DNA of 58,346 bases from a virus (IMGVR_UViG_3300020477_000025:1-58346); one strand, 5' to 3'. Positions 19,918-29,127 are shown, numbered from the stretch's first letter. Made by a program: numbers and translations. Notes: generated by a model from the letters alone, not told the origin.

Positions 19918-21495
19918 ATGCCACAATTTAAATTTGGCGAAAATGACATTTTTCGTAATGTTGTTAAGGCACATCCGAAATATACAGTTTCGATGTATCT
20001 TAATCAAATATACATAAATCGAAAAATTGAACAAGGCTTACAAGTTTTATCTGGTACCGTTTCGTTGTACGAAATGAACGTTGATCGTGGTACTGGCTCT
20101 AGTGCCAGCGACCGCGCCGCTGGCCTCTTCAAGTCTTCAATTTCAGCTTCGATTATAAAAGGTGAGAATTATTTACCAGTTGTTTTTAAAGATGTTGTTA
20201 AAACAGTAAAGGAATACAATGAATATAGTGCTGGTGATTCCATTTTACTTAAATATCCGCGCACTGCCTCAATTGATAGATTTTTGTTGATTGGAAGTTC
20301 GGGCAGCAATGCTCATCGCACAACAACCGGCGGCGATGGCAAGGGTGGCATCAACTTTCCATTTGATGGTTTTGAGGGCCACAGGCGGCCGGCAGGCAGT
20401 ACAATTGACCCCGCGGAATGTTTTTTTGCAACCGCCAGTTATGTTAAAAATTTAATAGCGCTGCGCAGTTCTTATAATCAATATAGGATTTTAAGCCCTT
20501 ATTTTGATTTTGATAAATATATACTCGTCTCTGGTGGTATGCCCCCTGTGCGTGGCTATAAAAACCAACAAGGCGAGCCAAAGCTTGAACTTATATATGA
20601 CCCACCCGGCTATAGCTTGGACGATGACTACGATGCAACTAAACCAAATTTTACATCATCAATCCCGAGGAACAAATATACAAATGTAATAGCTATACCG
20701 AAATTATTATACGGCGATGGTATTAAGAAAGGTTCCGTTGATTTAAAATTTTATTTTACTGGGACACTTGCCGCCAGAGCACAAGACGAACAAGAAAATG
20801 GAGTATTAATAGAGACTTATGCAGCAAATCCAAATCGAGATACTGGAAGTGTTGTAGGCACAGTCATGTATAGCGAGGGAATCATAATTCTTACATCTAG
20901 CGTACCTTTCCGGGGGACCAGTCAAGTTGATGGTTATCTGTGTCCTACTGGCTCAAGGGGCGATGACGACGGCGCACCCGGAGGCGGCTATGGCCACGCA
21001 GTTAGCGCAAGCTATATAACGGCTTCTTCGTGGGCCCACTTTGGCGCATATAAATCTTACGTAACGGCTTCAAACTCACATCACCTATCTTCAAGTTACG
21101 GCCCCTGTAGCTCTTCATACGAGATGTCTTTTAGGGGTACGACACATGTGCCAAATCTTACTATGTTGGCGCATGCTCCAAAAAATGAATTAAATTGGAG
21201 CAATAATCCGACTTATATAAGCAGCAGCAATAGAGTAGATGATAGTTGGACTAAAACAGTGGTTAAGCATACGGGGGCGTATGGGTATAAAGAGAGCGAA
21301 GAAATAGAAATTAAAAATACAGTATCAAGCTCACACCACTTTCATTCTGCTTCGAAGTTTAAGCCTCAAACCTTTATTTCTAAGATTGGTGTATACAATG
21401 AAGAGAAAAAACTTATTGCTGTAGTAAAAATGGCGAATCCGACACGAAAAACTAGTGAACAAGATTACACTTTTAAGTTAAAATTAGACTTATGA
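19918..21495 (+). CDS. Virion structural protein, paralog of ORF 18632
   Basis: Shares the IKKGS motif and the C-terminal ELNWSNNP...SKIGVYN..KKLIAVVKMANPTRK...FKLKLDL domain. Confidence 0.6.
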   Translation: MPQFKFGENDIFRNVVKAHPKYTVSMYLNQIYINRKIEQGLQVLSGTVSLYEMNVDRGTGSSASDRAAGLFKSSISASIIKGENYLPVVFKDVVKTVKEYNEYSAGDSILLKYPRTASIDRFLLIGSSGSNAHRTTTGGDGKGGINFPFDGFEGHRRPAGSTIDPAECFFATASYVKNLIALRSSYNQYRILSPYFDFDKYILVSGGMPPVRGYKNQQGEPKLELIYDPPGYSLDDDYDATKPNFTSSIPRNKYTNVIAIPKLLYGDGIKKGSVDLKFYFTGTLAARAQDEQENGVLIETYAANPNRDTGSVVGTVMYSEGIIILTSSVPFRGTSQVDGYLCPTGSRGDDDGAPGGGYGHAVSASYITASSWAHFGAYKSYVTASNSHHLSSSYGPCSSSYEMSFRGTTHVPNLTMLAHAPKNELNWSNNPTYISSSNRVDDSWTKTVVKHTGAYGYKESEEIEIKNTVSSSHHFHSASKFKPQTFISKIGVYNEEKKLIAVVKMANPTRKTSEQDYTFKLKLDL

Positions 21496-21998
21496 TATTA
21501 GGATTAGATGTGTCCACCAGCATTACCGGTGCGACAGTAATAGATAAGAAAGGTAATGTTTTGATGTGCGAGGCGTGGGACACTCGCAAGTTTAAAAATT
21601 TTTTTGATAAAGCTTCTGTTATAAGAAGCCGTCTGATGGATATACGCGTAGAGTTTCCCATTACTCACGTAGTAATTGAGCAGTCCCTTCAAATGTTTCG
21701 TGCCGGCTTTTCATCAGCCAAGACGCTTACGCTTCTTTCAAAATTTAATGGAGTGGTTAGTTGGTTGTGTTACAATACCTTTGGACTAGAACCAGAATAT
21801 GTTTCTGCGACAACAGCAAGAAAAAATGCTGGTATAAGTGTCAAACGAGGACAAAAAGCCAAAGAGATTGTTTTAGAACATGTTAAAAAGACAGTCCCCG
21901 GCTTTCGATATGAAGAGACGAAGGCTGGCAACCCTAGGCCCGGAACATATGATAGGGCAGACAGTATAATATTAGCTCTTTCTGTTTTACAAAACTAA
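21492..21998 (+). CDS. ruvC: RuvC-like Holliday junction resolvase
   Basis: RNase H-fold acidic motifs MILGLDVSTSITG, VVIEQ and C-terminal DRADS; 168 aa. Confidence 0.8.
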   Translation: MILGLDVSTSITGATVIDKKGNVLMCEAWDTRKFKNFFDKASVIRSRLMDIRVEFPITHVVIEQSLQMFRAGFSSAKTLTLLSKFNGVVSWLCYNTFGLEPEYVSATTARKNAGISVKRGQKAKEIVLEHVKKTVPGFRYEETKAGNPRPGTYDRADSIILALSVLQN

Positions 21999-22001
21999 TT
22001 A
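21994..22001 (+). promoter_or_regulatory. Putative late promoter (ACTAATTA)
   Basis: Motif lies 20 nt before the ATG at 22022, with an AAGGA SD in between. Confidence 0.55.
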
Positions 22002-22021
22002 GGGAAAAGGAAAATACACCT

Positions 22022-22666
22022 ATGCATGAAAATTCTGATTTGTTAAAAAATATTATAAAAGAAGAAACACAACGAGAAGTGGGGCTTTTTTTAGTTGAAG
22101 AAAGATTTAAAGAATTAAAAGAGCAGGGCTTAACGAGAGAGCAGACTAATATAATTCTTATTAAAGAATTTGGCGTTGACGATGCATTAAATTGGCTTAA
22201 GAAGATGTGGGGCACCAAAGGCGGGCTCGCAGGCGCCGCCAAAGAGTCTGTAATCGAGGCCATCCTTGAATATCTTATAGGCGCCTTGGGCCTAAATCCA
22301 CGAGGCTGGCTAGCTGGCGTTTTAACAAAGGCAATCGCAAATATGACAATGGACGACTGGGAAGCTGTTATGGACGGCGATTGCAATAAAGTTGTGACGG
22401 TTATAGAGGAGGCGCTAACAGAGGAAATATTAGATAGGTTAATAAGAAGGCTTTCTTCTCGCCTAACCAGAGCACTAACTAAGTCGCTCGGCATCAGACC
22501 AGATAAAATAGATGACCTCCTTGGCAGAAGTTTGCGAAGGGTTGTGCGTAATATGTTAGCAAGATACTTGGTCGAAACTAAGATGCTTTCGGGATTAATT
22601 GAACAAGCTGCTGATTATATTTGTTCAATAGATATAGGCGAAATCGTCAGTGCAGCCCGGGCTTGA
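22022..22666 (+). CDS. Hypothetical helical protein, candidate internal head protein
   Basis: 214 aa; N-terminal LLKNIIKEE motif shared with ORFs 26859 and 35331; own late-promoter motif. Confidence 0.55.
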   Translation: MHENSDLLKNIIKEETQREVGLFLVEERFKELKEQGLTREQTNIILIKEFGVDDALNWLKKMWGTKGGLAGAAKESVIEAILEYLIGALGLNPRGWLAGVLTKAIANMTMDDWEAVMDGDCNKVVTVIEEALTEEILDRLIRRLSSRLTRALTKSLGIRPDKIDDLLGRSLRRVVRNMLARYLVETKMLSGLIEQAADYICSIDIGEIVSAARA

Positions 22667-22691
22667 CACAGTTATTTTTTTCTAGTAAAAT
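22663..22691 (+). promoter_or_regulatory. Sigma70-type early/middle promoter for the primase gene
   Basis: TTGACA (22663-22668), 17-nt spacer, TAAAAT (22686-22691); the predicted +1 falls at about the GTG start, 22698. Confidence 0.75.
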
Positions 22692-22697
22692 ATATAC

Positions 22698-23639
22698 GTG
22701 TCTAAAACAAAACTCTTACAAGATTTGCTGGGTAGTGGATATCGTTCTGGAGAAGAACATCTTTTTGCTTGTCCATTTTGCAAACACTACAAAAAGAAGT
22801 TATCAATAAATCTAAAAAAGAATAAATTTAAATGTTGGGTGTGTGACACATCTGGCAACTCGCTTCTATATCTTTTTAAGAGATATGGGAACGTGCAACA
22901 ACTGACACAGTGGAAAAAGCTTAACAATATCACAGATTTTTCTGAGATTAATGACAAGTTAGAACATCTTTTTGATAAGCCGGAAAGTAAACCGCTTCCG
23001 AAATTAAATTTGCCAAAAGAATTTATTTCGTTAGCAAACAAGGATTTTTCATTAGCTCAAAAAGGCGCCAAATCATACTTGACTAAAAGAAGAATATCCA
23101 AATCAGACATTCTTTATTGGAAGATTGGGTATTGCCCCAAAGGCCAATATGGAGAGCGGTTGATTATCCCTTCTTTTGATTTGCGAGGAAATGTCAATTA
23201 TTTTATTGCGAGAGCATATAACGGCAACTGGAAAAAATATCTAAATCCAGAAGTTTCCAAGAACGAAATTATTTTTAATGAGCTATATGTTGATTTCAAA
23301 AAGCCGATAATTTTGGTTGAGGGTGTTTTCGACGCAGTTGTTGTTGGTGAAAATTCTATTCCAATTTTAGGCTCGACACTAAAAGAAAGTACTAGGTTGT
23401 TTCAGAAGATTATAAAAAACAACTCGACTGTCTATATGGCACTAGATCCAGACGCAACACGCAAAACAAATGCGATTATAGAAAAACTCTTGCGTTATGG
23501 GATAAAAGTGTATACAATAGATATAAGCGGATTTAAAGATGTCGGTGAAATGACAAAGGAAGAATTTAAAACGAGAAAGGAAGATGCCACAGAGGTGGGC
23601 GACACTTTGTCGTTGCTTTTAAACAATATTAATTTTTGA
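22698..23639 (+). CDS. DNA primase (DnaG/T4 gp61-like)
   Basis: N-terminal Zn finger CPFC...CWVC; TOPRIM motifs LVEGVFDA and ALDPDA; KDVGEM; GTG start. Confidence 0.9.
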   Translation: MSKTKLLQDLLGSGYRSGEEHLFACPFCKHYKKKLSINLKKNKFKCWVCDTSGNSLLYLFKRYGNVQQLTQWKKLNNITDFSEINDKLEHLFDKPESKPLPKLNLPKEFISLANKDFSLAQKGAKSYLTKRRISKSDILYWKIGYCPKGQYGERLIIPSFDLRGNVNYFIARAYNGNWKKYLNPEVSKNEIIFNELYVDFKKPIILVEGVFDAVVVGENSIPILGSTLKESTRLFQKIIKNNSTVYMALDPDATRKTNAIIEKLLRYGIKVYTIDISGFKDVGEMTKEEFKTRKEDATEVGDTLSLLLNNINF

Positions 23640-23648
23640 GGTTATTAT

Positions 23649-26600
23649 ATGAAGATAGCGCACATTAGCGATATTCATGTGCGAAACTACAAGTATCACT
23701 ATGAATATAGAAAAGTCTTTCAACAACTATTTGACAAGTTGGAAGAGATTAAACCAGACATTATTGTCAATACGGGAGACACAGCACACACCAAGTGTAA
23801 TCTGAGTCCAGAGTATTTTAACTTGACTTCGTGGCTGTTCACCAGCCTAGCGAAGATTGCCCCACTGCATATGATTTTGGGCAACCATGATTGCAATGTT
23901 AAGAACTCCAGCCGCCTTGATGCGATTACTCCGATTACTGAGGCGTTGGAAGATCCCAACATTCACTTTCACAAGTATACAAAAGAAGTAGATTTAGGAG
24001 AAGGCATTATACTCAATGTTCTTTCTATTCTTGATCAGGACAAGTGGACACCCCCATCAGATCCAGACAAGACCAATATTGCACTTTATCACGGCGCAGT
24101 TGCTGGTTCGAAGACGGACACTGGTTGGGTTATGGAACACGGCGAAATTGATCTAGAGTTTTTGGAGAACTTTGATTACGGCTTCTTGGGCGACATTCAC
24201 AGAACAAATCAGATCGTGGATGATCACGGCAAGGCCAGATACCCCGGTTCTCTCATTCAGCAGAACTTTGGAGAGTCGCTAAACAAGGGGTTTTTACTTT
24301 GGGATGTTAAAGATAAGGAAAATTATACTTGTGATTTTTATGAGCTTAAGAACCCAAAACCTTTCGTTACGATCAACTTAACTCCCAAGGGGAGAATACC
24401 TAAGTCAGCAAAGCCCCCAGAAGGCGCTAGGCTGCGTTTAGTTTCCTCAGACAACCAGAGCATCGAAATCTTCAGAAAAGCCGTGGATATCGCTAAGAAA
24501 CGCTTTAAACCAGAGTCTATTTCTTTCTTGAACCGCGCCCACGGTGGCGAGCGCATAAGTGTTGAAAAAGAGGTGGATTGTGTCATCCATGAAAACTTAC
24601 GCGACCAAAGTGTGCAAGAAAAGTTAATAGCAGAATACTTAAAGGAGTACAATGTTAATGAAGAAACTCTAAATGAAGTATATTCTCTTAATGGAAAATA
24701 TAATACCTTGGCAGAGTCCAATGAGGAAACCACCAGAAATGTGTCATGGAAAATCAAAAATTTCAAGTGGAATAATCTTTTCAACTATGGGGAAAACAAC
24801 GAGTTGGACTTTACTAAACTTTCTGGAACTGTCGGAATATTTGGTAAAAACTATAGTGGTAAATCTAGCGTCATCGATAGTTTACTCTACGCAATTTATA
24901 ATAATACTTCTAAAAATATTCGAAAGAATTACAACATTGTCAATGAGCACAAAGATCAAGGATCTGCAGTGGTGGAGATTGAGGCGGGTAATAAAACTTA
25001 CACGATTTCAAGGGAATCGAATAAGTACGTTAAGAAACTTAAAGGCGTCAGTACGAATGAAGCAAAAACCGATGTAGAATTTGCATGTACTGATAACGTT
25101 ATGAGCAGAACCTACAATCTTAACTCCACCGAAAGACACGGCACAGATAAAAATATTAAAAAGATGTTCGGAACACTAGAGGACTTTTTATTAACATCTA
25201 TGTCTTCTCAGCTTGGCTCTATGCAATTTATTAATGAAGGTTCAACAAGGCGCAAAGAGATCCTTGCTAAGTTTTTGGATTTGGAATTCTTTGAAAAGAA
25301 GTTCAAGTTGGCAAAAGATGAGTCCGCTGGCCTCAAGGGTGCTTTGCGCCGCTTAGAGGGACGAGAATATGATGAGGAAATCTCAACTGCCAAAAAGGAT
25401 TTGTTTTCTAACGAGGCAGACACTCTAAAGAAAAAGAGTGAGTGCGAAAAGATAAAAGAGAGCATTGAGAACACAAAGGGTGAGATCACAGGGCTACAAA
25501 AGAAAATTGAAGCAGTGCCTGCCGAACCAATTGATATTGTTGCCGTGCTTGCCGAACAAGAGGGCTTGAACACATCAAAAACAGACTTGGAGAGTATCAA
25601 TAAAGATTTAAAGCTTCGTATTAGGGATAACTCTAAATTCTTAAAATCAGCTAAAGACTTCTTGACGGAGTTCGATGTCGCCACTCTGCGAGAACGTATG
25701 AACGAAGAGGTAAAAAAACAAAAACAAGTCCAAGAGCTTACAGGCGACATCGCGCTGCAGCAGCAAACACTGCAGTCGTATAAAAAAGAACTAAAGAATT
25801 ACAGCAAACAAACTCTCATTTTACACGAAGTTCCATGTAGTGAACATTGCCCAATAAACAAATATATGGTCAGCGCTATGGCAGCGGAAAAGGAAGTTGA
25901 AGAGCAAGCACAAAAAATTGAAGATACAAAAAAAGAATTAAAAGAGAAAAAAGATATTAGGAACGAAGTCAATAAACAAATAATTTCTCTTGATATTCCA
26001 AAAACTCGCCTTCTCATTCAGAATTATGAAGAGTTGCTAAAGAAAAAAGAAACGGCCGAGAAGGACAATGCTGCGTGCGAGTTGGAGTTTCAAAAGAATA
26101 TTAACAAGATTTCAGAACATAAGACCGCCTTGGGCGAACTTGAGAGTAGGATTGAATTTTATAATAAAAATAAAGAAACAATTGAAAATTATAATGGTTT
26201 GCTAAAACAAAAAGTAAAGAAAGAGGCTACAGCTCAAAAATTGAAAGAAGCTTTAGCCGTGTGCGAAAATCAAATTTATGAATTGGCAGTGAAGCATGGC
26301 TCGCTCACCCAGAAGTTAGAGAATATTGAGAATGAAAAAGAAGAGTTGGCCAAACTACAAATGGAGTTTGCAGCAACAGATTTGTTTCTTCGCTGTATGC
26401 ATAGCAATGGCATTGCTTTTGATATCATCAATAAGGCACTTCCAGTTCTTAATGAGGAAATCTCAAAGGTGCTGGCCAACATTGTAAACTTTGAAGTTTA
26501 CTTTGAGAAGGATGGCAACAAACTTGACATTTTTATTCACCATCCGAAGCATGAGCCACGCCCACTTGAAAACGGCTCGGGGGCAGAAAAAACGCTAGCG

Positions 26601-26846
26601 GCAATTGCCATTAGGATTGCTTTGTTGAACATTAGTAATATGCCGAAGTGTAACCTAATTATATTAGATGAACCGGGTTCGGCTTTGGACGAAGAGCATC
26701 TTGAAAGCTTCACTCGCATTTTGGACATGCTAAAGAGTTATTTTGATATTGTGATACTAATTACTCACATAGAATCTTTAAAAGATACTGTTGATATGAC
26801 AATTGATATTACAAAGAAAGATAGTTTTGCATATGTAAATCAATAG
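23649..26846 (+). CDS. Fused SbcD/Mre11 nuclease and SbcC/Rad50 ATPase (T4 gp47-gp46-like recombination nuclease)
   Basis: Metallophosphoesterase motifs HISDIH, NTGD, GNHD and GDIH, then Walker A GKNYSGKS, a long coiled coil with a central PCSEHC, signature-like GSGAEK, Walker B IILDEP and H-loop ITH. Confidence 0.9.
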   Translation: MKIAHISDIHVRNYKYHYEYRKVFQQLFDKLEEIKPDIIVNTGDTAHTKCNLSPEYFNLTSWLFTSLAKIAPLHMILGNHDCNVKNSSRLDAITPITEALEDPNIHFHKYTKEVDLGEGIILNVLSILDQDKWTPPSDPDKTNIALYHGAVAGSKTDTGWVMEHGEIDLEFLENFDYGFLGDIHRTNQIVDDHGKARYPGSLIQQNFGESLNKGFLLWDVKDKENYTCDFYELKNPKPFVTINLTPKGRIPKSAKPPEGARLRLVSSDNQSIEIFRKAVDIAKKRFKPESISFLNRAHGGERISVEKEVDCVIHENLRDQSVQEKLIAEYLKEYNVNEETLNEVYSLNGKYNTLAESNEETTRNVSWKIKNFKWNNLFNYGENNELDFTKLSGTVGIFGKNYSGKSSVIDSLLYAIYNNTSKNIRKNYNIVNEHKDQGSAVVEIEAGNKTYTISRESNKYVKKLKGVSTNEAKTDVEFACTDNVMSRTYNLNSTERHGTDKNIKKMFGTLEDFLLTSMSSQLGSMQFINEGSTRRKEILAKFLDLEFFEKKFKLAKDESAGLKGALRRLEGREYDEEISTAKKDLFSNEADTLKKKSECEKIKESIENTKGEITGLQKKIEAVPAEPIDIVAVLAEQEGLNTSKTDLESINKDLKLRIRDNSKFLKSAKDFLTEFDVATLRERMNEEVKKQKQVQELTGDIALQQQTLQSYKKELKNYSKQTLILHEVPCSEHCPINKYMVSAMAAEKEVEEQAQKIEDTKKELKEKKDIRNEVNKQIISLDIPKTRLLIQNYEELLKKKETAEKDNAACELEFQKNINKISEHKTALGELESRIEFYNKNKETIENYNGLLKQKVKKEATAQKLKEALAVCENQIYELAVKHGSLTQKLENIENEKEELAKLQMEFAATDLFLRCMHSNGIAFDIINKALPVLNEEISKVLANIVNFEVYFEKDGNKLDIFIHHPKHEPRPLENGSGAEKTLAAIAIRIALLNISNMPKCNLIILDEPGSALDEEHLESFTRILDMLKSYFDIVILITHIESLKDTVDMTIDITKKDSFAYVNQ

Positions 26847-26858
26847 GGGAAAATAGAA

Positions 26859-27593
26859 ATGAAGATTACAGTTGGTCGTCTTAAAACAATTATAAATGAA
26901 GAGTTGGAACTTTTCCAAGAAAAACACTTAGAGCCGGGAGATCCGGGTCATGACAAGGATTATGAAGAAAAATACGGCGATATGGAAACTCATGAAGAGA
27001 TTCTTTCTAAGCTTGAAGATATTTTAAAAACTTGGGAAGAAAAAGAATATGATTCCGACAAGGATCGCTGGGAAGAATATTATAAAGATATCGAAGCGCT
27101 TGCCGGCGAATTCCGAGAAGAGTTGGGGGATGAACCTGAAGCTGATGATGGCGAGTCCGACGAAGAGCCAAAAAAGAACGATAGAGAAGTTATAACAGGC
27201 GAAAAAGCAAAGTCGTTAGAAGAAATAATTAAACAAGAAATTGAAAGCATGTTGGGCGAAGAAGAATCATACGAAGAACGATTTAAGCCTAAGCTAAGCG
27301 AATCAAAAGACCATCCCGGCAAGGTGTGTGAGGAAGCGCACCCCGATGCGTCACACGAGGAATATATAAAGTCTAAAAAGAAAAGCCCATCAGCCAAAGT
27401 TAAGCTTTCACCAAAACAAAAGAAAGAGATGGATACGGATAAAGATGGCGATATCGATAAAAAAGATATGAAAAACTTGAGAGATAAAAAGAAAAGTAAA
27501 GAGAAGCCAAAAGCTGAAGAAAAGAAAAAGCCAGCAGCAGATAAGCCAAAGAAAAAGTCTGGTTCTAAGGTTTCAAAGAACTTTCCATACTAG
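26859..27593 (+). CDS. Highly charged putative internal head protein with EF-hand-like loop
   Basis: N-terminus MKITVGRLKTIINEEL; acidic N-half and Lys-rich C-tail; DTDKDGDIDKKD loop. Confidence 0.6.
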   Translation: MKITVGRLKTIINEELELFQEKHLEPGDPGHDKDYEEKYGDMETHEEILSKLEDILKTWEEKEYDSDKDRWEEYYKDIEALAGEFREELGDEPEADDGESDEEPKKNDREVITGEKAKSLEEIIKQEIESMLGEEESYEERFKPKLSESKDHPGKVCEEAHPDASHEEYIKSKKKSPSAKVKLSPKQKKEMDTDKDGDIDKKDMKNLRDKKKSKEKPKAEEKKKPAADKPKKKSGSKVSKNFPY

Positions 27594-27605
27594 TGAGGAT
27601 AAAAA

Positions 27606-27674
27606 ATGTGTGGGTGTGAAAATTGCAAATGTGAAAAACTCTGCGGCTGCTCTTGCTGCTGCGGAGATAAATAA
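27606..27674 (+). CDS. Unannotated 22-aa Cys-rich metallothionein-like peptide (MCGCENCKCEKLCGCSCCCGDK)
   Basis: My own translation. GAGGA SD at 27595-27599, ATG at 27606, TAA at 27672-27674. It fills the intergenic gap, and 9 of 22 residues are Cys in CxC/CC patterns. Confidence 0.7.
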   Translation: MCGCENCKCEKLCGCSCCCGDK

Positions 27675-27688
27675 CTACGGAGGGTAGA

Positions 27689-27883
27689 ATGGTGGCAGCA
27701 GCAAAAGCATTTATAGATCAAAATTTAGAGAGATTTATGTCAAAGAAACTTCTCGTTTGGCTAACTACAACGGGATTGCTCTTGGCAGAGAAGGTAGATT
27801 CAGAGCAGTGGATGATTATCGCCACAGCCTATGTCGGAACGCAAGGTTTCGTTGATGTAGTGGCTCGCTTCAAGGGCAAGTAA
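27689..27883 (+). CDS. Putative holin (small two-TM membrane protein)
   Basis: 64 aa with two hydrophobic segments, an SKKLLVW motif and a basic C-terminus; GGAGG SD; lies ahead of a spanin-like pair. Confidence 0.55.
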   Translation: MVAAAKAFIDQNLERFMSKKLLVWLTTTGLLLAEKVDSEQWMIIATAYVGTQGFVDVVARFKGK

Positions 27884-28311
27884 TGACTTGGCTAGCCGTT
27901 AAAGCATTTTTCAAAAAAGCTTGGGCGTGGGTTGTCAAGTACTGGCAATACTTCGCCCTTGCTTGTTATACGGTTGTCGTAGTTATTTTGCTGCGAGACA
28001 AGAAAAACGTTGATAACATCAAGTCTGCTTTCAAGGCTTCAAAAGAGTCTCACCAAAAAGAAGTTGAAGCAATCAACAGTGCTCATAAAGAAGAGTTGGT
28101 GAAGAGAGATAAAATTATTGAGGACTACAATAAAACACTAATGCAGCTTGATGAAGAGTATAAAAAACAAAAACTAGATTTAAAAGAGTGGGAAAAGAAA
28201 AAGGTTAAAAAAATTGTTGAAGAAACGCATAATGATCCAGAGGGCAGAACCGCAAAAATCGCTAGCGAGTTTGGTTTTGAATTGGTGACGATAGATGATA
28301 CGACTGATTAG
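27883..28311 (+). CDS. Putative inner-membrane spanin-like protein
   Basis: N-terminal amphipathic/TM segment followed by a long coiled coil; follows the holin-like gene. Confidence 0.45.
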   Translation: MTWLAVKAFFKKAWAWVVKYWQYFALACYTVVVVILLRDKKNVDNIKSAFKASKESHQKEVEAINSAHKEELVKRDKIIEDYNKTLMQLDEEYKKQKLDLKEWEKKKVKKIVEETHNDPEGRTAKIASEFGFELVTIDDTTD

Positions 28312-28738
28312 TGTATTTTTAACATTTTTAATTGTCCTTATCCCTGTCAACTCTTATTCTAATCCAAAGGTGGCAGAGATTAAACAGGGCCAGAAGGCGC
28401 CCTACAATGGCATTCTTTACAATTATGAAGCGAATGCAGTGTTGTTAGCTTCCAAAGAAAAAGGCCAGCTAGAATGTTCTCTTCAACTGAAGCACAGCGC
28501 AGCCAAGGAAAAGGCAAAATGTGATATGCTAACGTCCACCGTCAAGGCATCGCTGGATGCCACTGAAAAGAAGTACGGTGCAATTTTAAAAATCAAAAAT
28601 AATCAAATTAATCATCTTGAGAAGATAACACTTAATCAACCCAACTCACACAATCACTGGTGGTTTGCTGGTGGATTTGTGGGCGGCGTTGCTTTGTCTT
28701 TAGGAATCTTTTATGTGGCGGTACAGACAGCGAAATGA
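28295..28738 (+). CDS. Secreted coiled-coil protein with C-terminal TM helix (spanin-partner-like)
   Basis: Sec-type signal peptide, coiled coil, C-terminal WWFAGGFVGGVALSLGIFYV; overlaps the previous gene by 17 nt. Confidence 0.45.
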   Translation: MIRLISVFLTFLIVLIPVNSYSNPKVAEIKQGQKAPYNGILYNYEANAVLLASKEKGQLECSLQLKHSAAKEKAKCDMLTSTVKASLDATEKKYGAILKIKNNQINHLEKITLNQPNSHNHWWFAGGFVGGVALSLGIFYVAVQTAK

Positions 28739-29127
28739 AAGAAAAAGATTGGGATTATATAGCCAGCCTAGAGAAGGCAATTGCTAAAAAATATGGTGAC
28801 GTTGCGATTAAAAATCCCGCCTCCAATTGGGATCAGGAAAAGGAAGAAGAGTACTTAAAACAGATTAAAGAAATGCGAGAGCAAGAGTCGGTCAAAGAAT
28901 CATCTAAAGAGATGGTTGCTACCGGCGGTTTTTTTACCAGCAAGAAACTAATTAATAGAGAAACGAATAGACAATGCCCTTTGTGTGGAATATATTCTTT
29001 TCGCAGCAGAGATGAACTTTATATGAATAAGTTTAAATGCTGCTACAAATGCTATATAAAGCATTTTGAAGGAATTGAGCATGTGTGGGAAAACAAATGG
29101 AAGAGGATAAAATCAAATGTCAAATGA
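28735..29127 (+). CDS. Hypothetical Zn-finger protein
   Basis: Start reassigned to ATG 28735 (ATGA overlap with the upstream stop); CPLC...CCYKC motif. Confidence 0.65.
   Translation: MKEKDWDYIASLEKAIAKKYGDVAIKNPASNWDQEKEEEYLKQIKEMREQESVKESSKEMVATGGFFTSKKLINRETNRQCPLCGIYSFRSRDELYMNKFKCCYKCYIKHFEGIEHVWENKWKRIKSNVK

Noticed and set aside
28660-28734. N-terminal extension MVCWWICGRRC... of ORF 28660 as another Cys-rich module
   Set aside because: It is the alternative frame of the upstream gene's TM segment; the ATGA overlap at 28735 marks the likely real start.
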